Shown one piece after another: positions 47,905 to 61,805 of a DNA stretch of 64,000 nt. Position 1 is the stretch's first letter. The number at the start of each line of letters is the position of its first letter. The DNA is from Hormiphora californensis (lineage: Eukaryota; Animalia; Ctenophora). The notes beneath the pieces are model-generated. The model saw only the letters and a list, made by a program, of their open reading frames with translations, was not told the origin of the DNA and made no database searches. The stretch covers positions 3,968,001 to 4,032,000 of the forward strand of contig CM035354.1 of the NCBI GenBank assembly GCA_020137815.1. The letters run 5' to 3'. The position numbers were made by a program, and so were the translations under genes.

Positions 47905-49175
47905 TCAAATAACTGTATCTCGCCTGATGGCTCGAGGTTGTAAATGCTGAAGACGTGAAATACACTTTGAGGTGATGAGTGCACTGTTAGTTCTACTCCT
48001 GGAACTGAGCTGGTACTCTGCCGTCCCTCCCAACCTGGGACTCCGCATTATTGAGATAGACATGCCCGTCTCTGATGTCTTCCATATCTTCCCCTGCTGG
48101 GGCTGGTTGGTAAAAGTGTCCATGTAAAACTCGTCCGACCGGACCTTGCTGGGGCTGAAGAAGTTGTTTACCCACCGTCTTAGCCGCTTCATTCGACAAT
48201 AGTAGAGCACCGGGTTGAGGGCTGCGTTCCAGACCATACACTGAACCTTGGCGATGTGCCAACTGTACCAAAACATGAAGGGAGAACCGAAGAAGAACCC
48301 AGGGTAGGCGATGTCAAAATACTTGGACGCCACGTTGTGAATTAGATTGGTGAACAGGGGTAGGTTACAAAAGAGAAAGAGTCCTGTGAACATTGCTATG
48401 GTAACGCTAGCTTGGAATCTCCCCTGTTCCTTCTTAGCCCCGCCCGAGGCCGGGGAGTGCTGCCTAGCAGCCGTCACTTTAGTGGAGTAATGCAGCTTTA
48501 TAATGGAAACAACCAGACTTACAAATATTAGTATCGGGGGTAGTCCGATCTGGATGGCGTTAACAACGTGTTCCCAGGGGTACTTGTAGTTGTAATAACA
48601 GTAGACCCCGTCCCAACTGTACCGGAACCGCTCCCTTGTCGTGGAGTTGATAACAGCGAATAACAACCCAGAGATAAGGAGGAGGGGGTATCCCACTACC
48701 GCCACCAGAACGGCCCACTTTCCGCACTGTGTAGAACGGTTTCACAATGGCAATCGTGCGTGTTGCACTCAGGATTAACACCAGGAATATTGATAGTTTC
48801 GTTTGTAACAGGGATACTGACTCCCACAGAATACAGAGTGCCTTTGTACTGGAACCACAAGGGTCGTCTCCCCGCGAAGAGAGATACAGCGACGGGGAGA
48901 TTGAAAATACACGATACACTATCAACTACACAGATAGTTATGTAGAGTCGAGTCACTAGATCCTTCCGGGTCTTCCCAGCGAAGAACTGTGCTGATAGGA
49001 CGTTGCCAGGACAACCTATTACAGCACAAACCACCAAGATGGTTGCTAGGAAGTAGTCCAGGGGAGGACTGAAGCACCCCACTGTTTCGTATTTGGGGAA
49101 CTTCTTTAGACAGAATGGATCGCGAGAGCTGCAGTTTTCAAACTCCATCGTGAACGCAAAACACCGACCTGTCAT
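47905..49175 (-). CDS. Intronless class A GPCR split by two single-base frameshifts (assembly error or pseudogene)
   Basis: TM1 IGCPGN and TM2 ICVVD in frame 1; TM3 LSATRTIAIVKP in frame 2; TM4-7 with CNLP and LNPVLYY in frame 3; shifts at ~48843 (AAA) and ~48715 (GGG). Confidence 0.8.
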
Positions 49176-49407
49176 GTCAAATCATACACAGCAGCTGCAA
49201 TCCTTCTATCCTGGAGGGAAATTAGAGAGTAATTTAGAGACAATGACACCTGACAAAAGGGAAATTATAGCGGCATTATAAGTTCAATAGAATGAGAAAA
49301 ACAGAGAATATATCGAGAGATTGAACTATTAAGATTGTACAAAACTCGATCGAGTGGTGCCAGCGATTGAGATCTAATGTTATGAAGTTCATATACCAAT
49401 GGTAGAG

Positions 49408-51014
49408 GGGGGGGGTTCCAACCTATTTGTTGTACGTTTGTACGGAAAAAAACACGGGTTTCCTCAAACAAAAAAATACAAAAAAATACAAAAAAGTACA
49501 AAAAAATACAAAAAAATACAAAAAAATAAAACGGGGTATAAACGATTAAACAAAGCTTTTCTGATCGTTGAAACTTTAGTTTATGATCATAATTGTGTCA
49601 TAAATTCCTATTAAACTGTGGTTTCATACAAAATTAGCAACTTTTTCTTATAATTGGAAGATAAAAACATCTTTTAATCATGTTTTAATTGTTCTTTATC
49701 AAAACACAAGGAAATATTCTATTCAAAATTTTCGAAATCTGAATCAATGATGTTTACTTTTTCGAATTTCGAATGAAAGATAATAATTACACGACAAACG
49801 TTCCTAGGTGGTACATTAGGACAAAAGGAACCCGTCCATGAACTTTTACTAGGCACCCACCTCCATAATTTGTTGTGCTTTTTTTTGTACTGTTTGTTTG
49901 CCAGGTTAGACTGTTTTATAAAATAAAAGAGTTTGAACAAAACAACTGTTTGTACGAAAAATTGGAATTTCTAAGAGAGAAAATCTTTCCAAATCGAACT
50001 TTCTATCCAAGAAAGTATTACCGAATCGCAATTTCTTACCGAGAAAATTTTTCTCGAATCGTATTTTCTAAGCGAGAAATTTCCCCGAATCGCAATTTCT
50101 TACCGAGAAAATTTTCTTGAATCGTATTTTCTAAGCGAGAAATTTCCCCGAATCGCAATTTCTTACCGAGAAAATTTACTCGAATCGTATTTTCTAAGCG
50201 AGAAATTTCCTCGCATCGCAATTTCTTACCGAGAAAATTTTTCTCGAATCGTATTTTCTAAGCGAGAAATTTCCCCGAATCGCAATTTCTTACCGAGAAA
50301 ATTTTTCTCGAATTGTATTTTCTAAGCGAGAAATTTCCCCGAATCGCAATTTCTTACCGAGAAAATTTTCTTGAATCGTATTTTCTAAGCGAGAAATTTC
50401 CCCGAATCGCAATTTCTTACCGAGAAAATTTTCTCGAATCGTATTTTCTAAGCGAGAAATTTCCTAGCATCGCAATTTCTTACCGAGAAAATTTTCTCGA
50501 ATCGTATTTTCTAAGCGAGATATTTCCCCGAATCCCAATTTCTTACCGAAAAAATTTCTCGAATCGCATTTTCTAAGCGAAAAATTTCCCCAAATCGCAA
50601 TTTTTACCGAGAAAATTATCCCGAATCGAAATTAGTACCGAGAAAGTGATCTCCAACTGAGAAAATTTTCTCGTAATCGTAACGGTAATCTGAATCAATG
50701 ATTTCGTTTTTTTAGAATTTCAAAAACGTGTACTTTTACACACTTTTTTAGTATGTAATTTTAGCAGGAAAATGGACGACAATGGAACTAAAAACGTTCA
50801 TATATATGATAGATGGTACATGAACATAAACGGAACCCAGCTATGTATTATTTATTAAGTATAAATACTTTTATCAGGCACCCACATCCTTCATTATTTT
50901 TTTGTATTTTTTTGTATTGTTTGTATGGAAAAAAACAGGAATTTCGGATACTTTTATGTATGGTCCGTACAAAACCGTACAAAACCGTACAAAAAAATAG
51001 GTTGGAACCCCCCC
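49408..51014. mobile_element. Non-autonomous DNA transposon with GG termini, 8-bp TSD and an internal ~60-bp tandem array
   Basis: TIR GGGGGGTTCCAACCTATTT..TGTACG; direct repeat TGGTAGAG at 49400-49407 and 51015-51022; about 10 copies of CCGAATCGCAATTTCTTACCGAGAAAA... at 50021-50640. Confidence 0.8.
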
Positions 51015-51164
51015 TGGTAGAGTTAATGCGGGATAATATATGTTTGACAATAATTTGACAAAAATAAACTCTCTTTCTCTCTCTCTTTTGTCCAACAATA
51101 AACTCACTCCATCTATGTTAAACTATCTACAAAACTCTCCGAGCTCTTAATATGTGAAACAGCT

Positions 51165-51719
51165 TTAAAGGTCCTCTGACTCGAAAAAACAACTTTGTCT
51201 AAATTGATAGTATGTGAAAAATCATGAAGATTCCAGGTTATCTCACACTCTACGGATTCCTCCTTCCCCCTCTAATTAGGTGTTAAAAGGTTGCCCCCTT
51301 CCGAGCTGAGACAGCATATGAGATCTCTCCCCCTTTGTGTTTACACACAAAAATTGAGTACATTTACAAACAATGAGATTACTGACAAGTGTGATATCGT
51401 AATTTATCCATGATAAATAAAATTTAAAAAGGAAATCTCAAAACACGTTTCTTCAACTTAGTGAATGATTTGTATAAGTCATAAATCATCGCAGATGACA
51501 ATAAACTGAACACAATGTAAACTTTTACACATAAATACAAAGAGCCCCCTTTCCCATATGCTGTCTCAAGGGAGAGAAGTTCCACACCTGTCAACACCTA
51601 ATTAGACCCCTTAGAGATAACCATATGAGGTGGGACATACATCATTGTTCATGATTTTCCATGTAGTGTCATAATAAGTCAAAAATAGAAAATTGATTTT
51701 CGGGTCAGAGGGCCTTTAA
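51165..51719. mobile_element. MITE with TTAA flanks and AGG termini (Kolobok-like)
   Basis: TTAAAGGTCCTCTGACTCGAAAA / TTTTCGGGTCAGAGGGCCTTTAA; inner inverted blocks AAAATCATGAA/TTCATGATTTT, CTAATTAGGTGTT/AACACCTAATTAG and TGAGACAGCATATG/CATATGCTGTCTCA. Confidence 0.75.
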
Positions 51720-54336
51720 TAAAGTGCTGTTTATATTCCTGAACATGTTCTAAACATGTGTAATTAGACTGCAGTAACATGTTCTACTAAAGTCACTATG
51801 AAGAGAATTAATTGCGAGGAAGATTGCAGACTTGCAGGCGGTATACAGGATAGAAAAATTGATTCATATCCTGGTACATTGCATCATTGCAACAACGACA
51901 ACAGATCTGACAAATCTTTATTCTTTCTCAGGAGAATAAGAAATCAGATCCTCTATTATACCCATCAAATTATTTCCAAGTGTGCTGTAATAAGAGTGGT
52001 GCCTCAGAGGGCAACTTCAACTGTCAATACAGGGCAACTTCAGCTGTCGCTGCAATTCAAGAGACGGTGTTGACAGCATAGATATAGATAGATATAAATG
52101 TCAGATACACGACAGTTTTGTCGTTTGAAGAGGGCACAGGATAAAGTCAAACCTGGCTCCTCGGAGGAAAAGGTTATGCTCGATAAATGGAGGTTTGATT
52201 ATGTATGTGTCGCCTACTTAGTACTTACTGGTATATGGCCATTTATACTGACTAAATGGGTGGCAAAGATTAATATCCAGGACAAGATTAAGACAATATG
52301 TTAGTGTAAGGAAAACAGACGATGGGGTAGCTCAAACTCCTTAATTCTTGCTTGCTAAAATGTGAGGAAGGTAAGGTCAAGGACATGGTGGGAATCATTG
52401 AAAAGGACCGCCAAACACTAGCAAAAGGGGAGCTCGCAGTACAAAACTATTATGATTGAAGAGGAAAGGAAGAGGAAAGCTATCTGGGATGGGCCAAGAA
52501 TTTATGACAGGGAAAGGAAAAGGGAAAGACTTTCGTGACAGCCTGTTTAAACCTCAAATGACAGGAATTGTTGCGTAAAGGGAGGTACTCAACAAAGAAC
52601 TGTCAGCGTGATGCCTGAAAGACAAAATAAAGGTATTTCGGACATGACGACAACTTTGAAGGAAGTTAATATCCTACATACCACGTCGTCTACTTAAAAC
52701 GGAAAGTAACCTACTAACCTAATCGCTTTATGCCACTATATAGACGTTACAAAGGCCAAGGTACGGAGCTGTCTCTGTCTCGAGATTATCTGATTATATT
52801 ATATATGAGCCTTGCAGTACAATTATGCACATGGTCATGGTATGGCAATTAATATATAGAAGAAGCTGCAATTAATATGGAACAGCTCCGAGCTCTAAAA
52901 TGGGAAGACAGAGCTGCTCCGGAGCAAGAGGAGGGAGGGGGTTGTACACAAAGCACTTCATTGTTTACTGTATAATAATAGGAATAAGGAAGGCCTCCGA
53001 AGACCGTTTAAAATTGTTACACAATTCCTAGAAGTTGTATAATGAAGCTAGATCTGACTCTGAGGAGCATAGCTGTCACATACAGATGCCTGCACGCGGA
53101 GTGAATAGTAATAGTGATATGCATAAACTGGTGATCTTTTACCATCATGATTAACGGATAAGCCAAGAAGAGCCCAAGGAGGCGTGTTTATATCTAGTAA
53201 TACTACTACGAATGAGATGTTTATCCAGTACTGATTCCAGCCTTTTCGTACGAAAGTGGCAGTAGGGGGCAGTAGTGTAAGTTACTAAACGATGACCAGG
53301 GTCATCAGTTCAATGCAGCTAGTTCATGAAGTGAGGAATGAGGAGGCAGAGATGACAATTCAGTGACACAATATGATAAAAGCTTTGACTAACGACTTCT
53401 AGAACATTCCAATCGGCGTTTTCTATCCCATGAAAAGTCAAAAGTATGACGATCGTGCTCCATAACCATTTACCCAGTAAATGCATGTCGCAAGTGCACT
53501 ATTGGAGATAGAGAGGGGTAAATTGTTACACTTCTTCACCAGACACCAGCTGTGGCATCCATCATCTTTACAGACATGGAATGCGTTATAAAGAGCTTCA
53601 GTGAATATAGGAGTGAGAGACTGGGAGTGAGAGACTGGGAGTAAGAGACTGAGAGTGAGACATATATTGAGAGACAATGAAGCGAAGTAAGGAGGTGACA
53701 GAGTTATAATATACCGCCACGGTAAAGAAGTGAAAAGTGAAACCGCAGTCCAATTGAGCTCAAGTACGATTTTTATTTTCATTAGTAAAAGGCGAGAGAT
53801 TTATTCGTGATACAGTGAGCAGTGAGACCAATTGAGAATAGGAAAACAAAGAATCGTTATTGCGATTACTACAGGTGCAGTTACCTGTTGACAAGTTGAA
53901 ACCTAATGAGCGAGACAAGTACTGCACAGAGTTAAATGGAACTTTGATGCCAGGGAATGTAATTCGACTACAAAGTGTTTAACGGCCTAACGCGTACACC
54001 TCCGGCACATTCTCGCTGGTTGCCATGGTCAACATGTCAACAACACAGCAATGATGGTTCAGGTCGCAGTGACAAAAGGAAATAAACTGGATGAATTGTT
54101 ACTTCATATGTATAGTAGTGGCGGGACAATGACTAAAGAAACACATACAAGCTTTCAGCTGTGACCTCAAATGGCCAGGAAGAAAGGGATTGAATCACAG
54201 TATGAAGATTGGAGAACTCCGGAGGTGCAAGGGAGGCCATTATTATGAGGGGGAATGTGGACCCTCATCACGATAAAGTCCTTATACGGAACCTTTTGGA
54301 AAACCGGAAAAAAATGTGTTTCTGCAATCTACCTTA

Positions 54337-54613
54337 GGGTCACCACACACCAAAGTTAAAATTAAAATTAAAATTTTGATTTTAAACCCGCACACACCAG
54401 CGGCCGTTAAAATTTCTCTCCCCATTCTAAAAGTAACAATCTCACGCACGATTTTGACGGTCGCGTTGGATGACAAAATTTTAACACGCCGTTAAAATCG
54501 CGCGCGATATTGTTACTTTTAGAATGGGGGAGAGAAATTTTAACGGCCGTTGGTGTGTGCGGGTTTAAAATCAAAATTTTAATTTTAATTTTAACTTTGG
54601 TGTGTGGTGACCC
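54337..54613. mobile_element. Palindromic Tourist/PIF-Harbinger-type MITE
   Basis: TTA-GGGTCACCACACACC...GGTGTGTGGTGACCC-TTA; 3-bp TTA duplication. Confidence 0.85.
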
Positions 54614-55699
54614 TTATAGATAATTTTGCTAAGATGATTTTTTCCTTCCGGATAATGTTTAATGAAATGTCTTAAAAACATGCCTATTTACTTGTTGAGT
54701 AACTCAACAACTATTTACCGTAAAAACGTTTCGGATAAAACTCTGAGTGGAGTCTTAAAAGCGTACCAAAAGAGGGGAAATTCCCATAGCACTTTATTGT
54801 CTAATTGTAGGTGTGGGTAAGAGAGTCAAGCAACTGATAGGGAAATTGAAGAAAGGCAGCTGTAGGTGCCACACAGATTTTTTGCTAGCCGCAATATTAA
54901 AAAGTGAGATCAAGCGTAGGGTGGAATGAAAGGTTAAGTTCTTGGAAATTGGCACAGTGATCTATGTGGTGTTTATTTTCGTTCGGTAGTTATACTACCA
55001 CGGTAGTACTACGGTATTACTATAGAGAGCATTCCCCAAGGGGATATTATAGCATTCATAATGTCTGTACCAGGGGTCGGTTCCTAAAACTCTAGATTAG
55101 CATAGTAGAATATTATTAAGTAGCATTTAGATGTAGTAGAAGTAGCATTTAGAACGCTCAATCAGAGAATGAAAATCTGACCTTTTCATCCAGAGAAAAT
55201 TAATAACCTATCAAACTTAAATAGTGTTAGTAGAGTATACCGGCGGCCTCTAGGGTTGAACAACATGTAAACACGGTGGTATCAAACTTATTATGATTAT
55301 TCTAGAAGTTAAAAGAAATGAGAGAAAGAGAGAAAGAGATAAAGAGAGATAGAAATATAGTTTAGGCTTCTCGTACTCGCAGAGCTAGACATACGTAAAG
55401 CAGCTTGAGACCTAGTTTATTATATGATATACTCAGCACAATCTCCCTTTATACAGCTCGTGCCCCCCCTTAAATAGTTAACAAACTATCTGAATGAAAT
55501 ATTCGACTGCTATTTACTTTGAGAGAGAGCGAGAGTTGACTCGCCCCATGAGGCGGAACACATGGGGTGTTCCTTACTTTGATCAGTTCAGCAATGACGC
55601 CGGGAAATTAATTATTTAGCGTGGTGGAGGAAATGGTTGCCTTGCTCGACCCTGTTTATAAAGATAAAACAAAATGGGTTTGAACAAAACAATGAAATG

Positions 55700-55900
55700 G
55701 ATCGGTTTAACTTGGATCGGAGTATAAGGGACTAATTGGGATATGAAGTAGAGCCCTTGTTTTGCGGTTCCATGTACTTAGCACGTATAATATTAAATAT
55801 ATACCGGTCCATCGCAACTGTAATGGCCATTAATGGCAGTAAGCTCAGTGGGTAGAATACACTTACGTCTAAGACTAATAGGTATCCGAGACTGCATTAC
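55700..55900 (-). pseudogene. Possible decayed GPCR fragment
   Basis: Minus-strand frame LVLDVSVFYPLSLLPLMAITVAMDRYIF (TM3/DRY-like), followed by a stop. Confidence 0.25.
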
Positions 55901-58179
55901 TACCAATACTGGTGAACAATGGAACTGAATTATTGTCCCGCGGTGGCTATGAGAATTGTTGGTGAACATGACGTGTAGATTTGATGTGGTGGTATTGGTG
56001 GTGATATTTAATTGTAATCAGATGAGAAACAGAGAAATCGAGATGAAGAGGGAGAGAAATTGTGATGGATTATATACTTGATCTGTGCAGAAGTGATGCT
56101 GGCGAACACGTGCTCGACAGTGTTACTGAACAACATGAAACTTTGAGTAAACAAAACATCTAGTTTCGATAAAGGGATATGAATATGAATATACTAAGAT
56201 CTGCGAGGGGAGAGAAGAGATGCTGGCGAGGGGAGCTGGGAGACAATGAAAAATGATCAAAGGGAACTATATAACTGTGAGAATGAGACTCTGTGATACA
56301 TTTTCTAAATAGACAAGAGAAATTATTCAGACGGTGGTCTGTATGTGGTGTTAGAAAGCATACCATATTCGTTTGAACCTTTAACTAACCCGGGCGCCCA
56401 GACTTTTCGTAAGTTGCTCGAAGACTAAGCAGTACAATCTTCATTAGATAAGAATGAAGATTAGAAGGACAAGAATAGAGGTAGAAGAGAAAATAGAGGT
56501 AGAAGAGGAAATAGAGAGGATTGAGATTAGAATAACCATGCGTGGTAATCTTGATCCTGGCCAGTAGAGGAGAAGGAGACGGAGAGAGAAGTTTGGAAGC
56601 GAAGGAGAAGGAGAGGGAGGGGCGGAGGGTATTTCCAACTGACATCAGCACAGATTGGAATACCGCTAATTGGAATTTGGCCTACAAATATATATGAAGC
56701 ATATCGAGCTGTCCAGTGAACATGTGTAACGTTCTACAGAAGTTGTCAGTGGGTCGAGCACTAGCAACTAGTCAGAGGGATCGAACAAACTGCACCATTC
56801 ATTTGTCCAATTATACTGCAGCGCGAAAGATAATTATCCGGAGACAAGCTTTTGATCCCAGACTGGATAACTATGCAGTAAAACCTCTTATTATTCCAGA
56901 GGCTTATACCCCCTAACTGTTTTGTATATAGTAAGAATATAATCCAGTATGCACCGTGACACCAATTGTAAGCGAGGTAGAATATGCAAAGTTTAATCTA
57001 CTAAAGGCACGTGCAGCTTTATAATCAATCGAAATTTTGAGCAAATCCAATCCCATTATGAACCATCTCGCTACATTTTCAAACGCTATGGCGTTATTAA
57101 TTTGTATCTGTTTCGGCTCTCATTCAGTTACATAATAGAAGATGTTAGAAAAATATGACGAGGCCACTAGATACAAGAGTCTTGGTGGAATAGGGATATA
57201 AAACAACCGTTCAAAGAGCCCCAAGAAAGGGTTAGCGACACGCTGACTCGGCGTGATGCCTGGTAGTACTGAGTTGCTTACTTGACAGTTGAACAGTTCA
57301 TAGCAGACGCCCCTAATTACACCATCGGTGTATCAGACATATAGCTCATTATACGCCATGCTTTTGAATAAGCAAACGTATTTATTCAAATCAGGTTGTG
57401 CACAAGTCTTTATTCAAATCAAGTTGCGCACAAAGCAAGATCTTACTTTAAGTAACCAGCTGCTGTCTCGCCAGTATCACAACTATGAAACTAAAATGAG
57501 TGATTTGGTGACTTATGCTAAGCAAACTGCATAACGCCCGGGTATGGGTAACTACATGGCACTGGACTCCTTCATCTCGGATATTCTATTGAATTAAATA
57601 CTTTTTACCAGGGACTGCAGCAAATTACAGTCTTGTATCGTATATGATATAAAACCCCACCAAAGGGAGGGGTTTATATACTTTAAATAAGTCAGGATTT
57701 ATTGATCATAAACTTTAGCGGCTAAACCGGACTTGGATGTTGATACTATTATATTAACTCGAAAGCATATATATATAGACGATTAAAAACGTAGATCAGC
57801 CACCACTACCGGTGTGTATAAAATAAAGAGATATGAAACTGAGAGCGAGATCGAGATCGAGAGGCGAGATCGAGAGATTCAGAGAGCGATCGAGATGTAT
57901 AAGAGAGCGAGATGCAGAGAGCGAGCGAAAGAGAAAGATTCATAGAAGGACTCTTTCCATGAGTTTTTATCTCCTTCTCACTCAACTCTATTTTAATTGG
58001 AAATTCGATCATAGGAGAATTATAATGCCATCTTGCTAGAAAAGCTGTACTGTTTATTCGGGGCCTGGCAAGGCCCCCCGACCCGAATATAACCCAAACT
58101 CAATCCATCCCCCCTAAAACATCCCCCCTAAAACTAAAACAACGGGGCCGAGCCGACAGGCCCTTAATACCAGATGAAA

Positions 58180-60335
58180 AAAAAACCATAAAACCATAAA
58201 CCATAAAACCATAAACCATAACCATAGATATTTTTAGAGTGAAAGTTTTGAAGCCCCCTGAAGTAGAAGAGAGGTGTTCTATGGCTCGTTGGAAAGGTCT
58301 CGAGGTCCCGCGACGTATAGGGGGTGTGGCGATGGCCATACCCAAACCTATAAGGGGCAGGACGCGAAAAACAGTCAAAATAAGGGGTATACAGAACTCG
58401 GCAATTAGAAGGAGTAGAAAGGTGTTCTAGGGTGCGTTCGAAAGCTCTCGAGGTGCTGAAGTAATTGGAATGTAATTGGAAGTAATTACATGTAATTAAA
58501 ATGTAATTACATGTAATTAAAGGGTAATTACATGTAATTAAAAGGTCTAAATGACCCCAAAAGGTTATTTAAACATATTTTGACGTATTTGGAGGCCCTG
58601 AGACCAGCGGGTGGCCAAATTAAATCCGGTTTCGGGTCGGCTGACGTAAAAACTCCGCGTTTTGGTCGATTAAACCATAAAACCATAAACCATAAAACCA
58701 TAGATATTTTTAGAGTGAAATAAACCATAAACCATAACCATAAACCATAACCATAGATATTTTTAGAGTGAAAGTTTTGAAGCCCCCTGAAGTAGTAGAG
58801 AGGTGTTCTATGGCTCGTTGGAAAGGTCTCGAGGTCCCGCGACGTATAAGGGGTGTGGCGATGGCCATACCCAAACCTATAAGGGGTAGGACGCGAAAAA
58901 CAGTCAAAATAAGGGGTATACAGAACTCGGCAATTGGAAGGAGTAGAAAGGTGTTCTAGGGTGCGTTCGAAAGCTCTCGAGGTGCTGAAGTAATTTGAAT
59001 GTAATTGGAAGTAATTACATGTAATTAAAATGTAATTACATGTAATTAAAGGGTAATTACATGTAATTAAAAGGTCTAAATGACCCCAAATGACAATTCA
59101 GACATATTTTGACATATTTGGAGGCCCTGAGACCAGCGGGTGGCAAAATTTAATCCGGTTTCGGGTCGGCTGACGTAAAAACTCCGCGTTTTGGTCGAGG
59201 TAAACCATAACCATAAACCATAGATATTTTTAGAGTGAAAGTTTTGAAGCCCCCTGAAGTAGTAGAGAGGTGTTCTATGGCTCGTTGGAAAGGTCTCGAG
59301 GTCCCGCGACGTATAGGGGATGTGGCGATGGCCATACCCAAACCTATAAGGGGTAGGACGCGAAAAACAGTCAAAATAAGGGGTATACAGAACTCGGCAA
59401 TTAGAAGGAGTAGAAAGGTGTTCTAGGGTGCGTTCGAAAGCTCTCGAGGTGCTGAAGTAATTGGAATGTAACTGGAAGTAATTACATGTAATTAAAATGT
59501 AATTACATGTAATTAAAGGGTAATTACATGTAATTAAAAGGTCTGCATGACCCCAAATGACAATTCAGACAAATTTTGACATATTTGGAGGCCCTGAGAC
59601 CAGCGGGTGGCAAAATTTAATCCGGTTTCGGGTCGGCTGACGTAAAAACTCCGCGTTTTGGTCGAGTAACCATAACCATAAAACCATAAAACCATAGATA
59701 TTTTTAGAGTGAAAGTTTTGAAGCCCCCTGAAGTAGTAGAGAGGTGTTCTATGGCTCGTTGGAAAGGTCTCGAGGTCCCGCGACGTATAGGGGGTGTGGC
59801 GATGGCCATACCCAAACCTATAAGGGGTAGGACGCGAAAAACAGTCAAAATACGGGGTATACAGAACTCGGCAATTAGAAGGAGTAGAAAGGTGTTCTAG
59901 GGTGCGTTCGAAAGCTCTCGAGGTGCTGAAGTAATTGGAATGTAATTGGAAGTAATTACATGTAATTAAAGTGTAATTACATGTAATTAAAGGGTAATTA
60001 CATGTAATTAAAAGGTCTAAATGACCCCAAATGACAATTCAGACATATTTTGACGTATTTGGAGCAATTGGAAGGAGTAGAAAGGTGTTCTAGGGTGCGT
60101 TCGAAAGCTCTCGAGGTGCTGAAGTAATTGGAATGTAATTGGAAGTAATTACATGTAATTAAAGGGCAATTACATGTAATTAAAGGGTGATTACATGTAA
60201 TTAAAAGGTCTGCATGATCCCAAATGATAATTTAAACATATTTTGACGTATTTGGAGGCCCTGAGACCAGCGGATGGCCAAATTTAATCCGGTTTCGGGT
60301 CGGCTGACGTAAAAACTCCGCGTTTTGGTCGAGGT
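58180..60335. repeat. Tandem array of ~470-530-bp units (4 full plus 1 partial)
   Basis: Equivalent positions at 58239, 58768, 59235 and 59709; internal ACCATAA-type and GTAATTACATGTAATT subrepeats. Confidence 0.95.
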
Positions 60336-61805
60336 TATTAACATAACAATAATATTCCGATTATGTTATTCTACTCCAACTATACAAGGCAATTTCGTGA
60401 CTTCATCTTTGAGGTTCACGATAGAGACTTAATGAAGTTGAAAAGATATTGCCAAGTAAATTCTAAAGATAAAGTCGTCTCCGGGGTGCAGAAGACTGTT
60501 GAGCTATGACCGTGGGATAACGTAACGTGGATAATATCCACTGGATATACCTATAGCGTTTAGTGGGATTTCGCTCATATTAACATAGCCATATGTAGAA
60601 TTTGGGAAGCTTTTGCATAAAAAGAAGGGAAGGTAAAACGGCTGCTACTATTGCTCCAATTTTTCCGCGGGTGATGCTGTGCTTGAGACAGCGTGGCGTG
60701 ATACCATAGAAGTAGAGGGGGAAAAGAGCAAATTTAACCTACTCTAAAATTGTATTGGGAAGTTTTTTACGAAGGAATGGAGTCACCGGCCAAGGTTCAC
60801 CCTTTTCTGCCTAATATAATGATATCGTTTATGCTGTGAATGGCGGGTAGAGGATTACAGAATTGTTCAGCTGAAATTCAGGAGTAATATAATAGTGCGA
60901 GCATTTTATCAAATATTCAATGAGCTTATCTGATATTAGTGATTAGTGTATTGACTCATATCACGTGACACAGCACTTCTTCATGCTACCACTCCCCTCT
61001 ATGTTTTGAGAACACGGCTACACGTGATACTTCCACGAGTGGTAGTACTAGTAGAACATATGCGGTGCATTTTATATCAGCTCCTGCATGGCCTGGAATA
61101 ATAAAATATATGCTCAGTAGGGGGTCCCAACACACCCTTACACCCTCTCTCTCTCTTTCTCTCAACTCTTTCAGCCATGTGTTTATTAAACTTGTGAGGC
61201 ACAAAATCAGGTTCAACAAACGAGTACTGCGTTGTGGTATTGCACGAATGGACTGCACCGCGGGAGAGCATTCGATCAGCATAAACTTGAATAAAGTTAG
61301 AACTACAAAAAAATGGGGTTTGAACGAATAGACTAGTGACTTTATATGCCTCTCTATCTCGCTGCTCATCATCAGCATATGCAAATGTTTTATAAGCTCC
61401 CCAAACGCAGCTCACTCATTTAGTATTGCATTTGTAATGAAAAGAGGGTCTCGTGCAAAATCATTAGTTATAAAAGAAGTGAAGAGTTAAATTGTTAACG
61501 AGTGAGAGATGGTGGTGCTCAGGGGAAGTAAAGCGGGAAGGGAAATTGATAAACTGTTTATACTACCCGGCTTTTGATATGAAATGACAAACATTGCTAG
61601 AAAAGTAGTTATACCATCTTGAGCATCAAAAAATTTTAACTAAAAATGCAGTACTACACCATACAAATCTCAATCATCCTCTAGTTCTACTACAAAATTT
61701 CTCTAAAACATATCTCTACTACAAATTTCTCTATAAAAACTCGAGTTCAGGAGTTCACATCTCTCTGTCAAATCAGATCAAAGAGTGACGTCACATCTCT
61801 TTCTC

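Noticed and set aside
50021-50640. Regular repeats resembling a CRISPR array
   Set aside because: No unique spacers, no cas genes, eukaryotic context, and inside a TIR element.
53438-53782. Possible ABCG transporter fragment (NLPLSI...CIYWVNG)
   Set aside because: Similarity too short, and no nucleotide-binding domain found nearby.
58100-59900. Repeated 63-aa MKVLKPPEV ORFs and their antisense ORFs
   Set aside because: Start at GTG, no domain; they recur only because the DNA unit is repeated.
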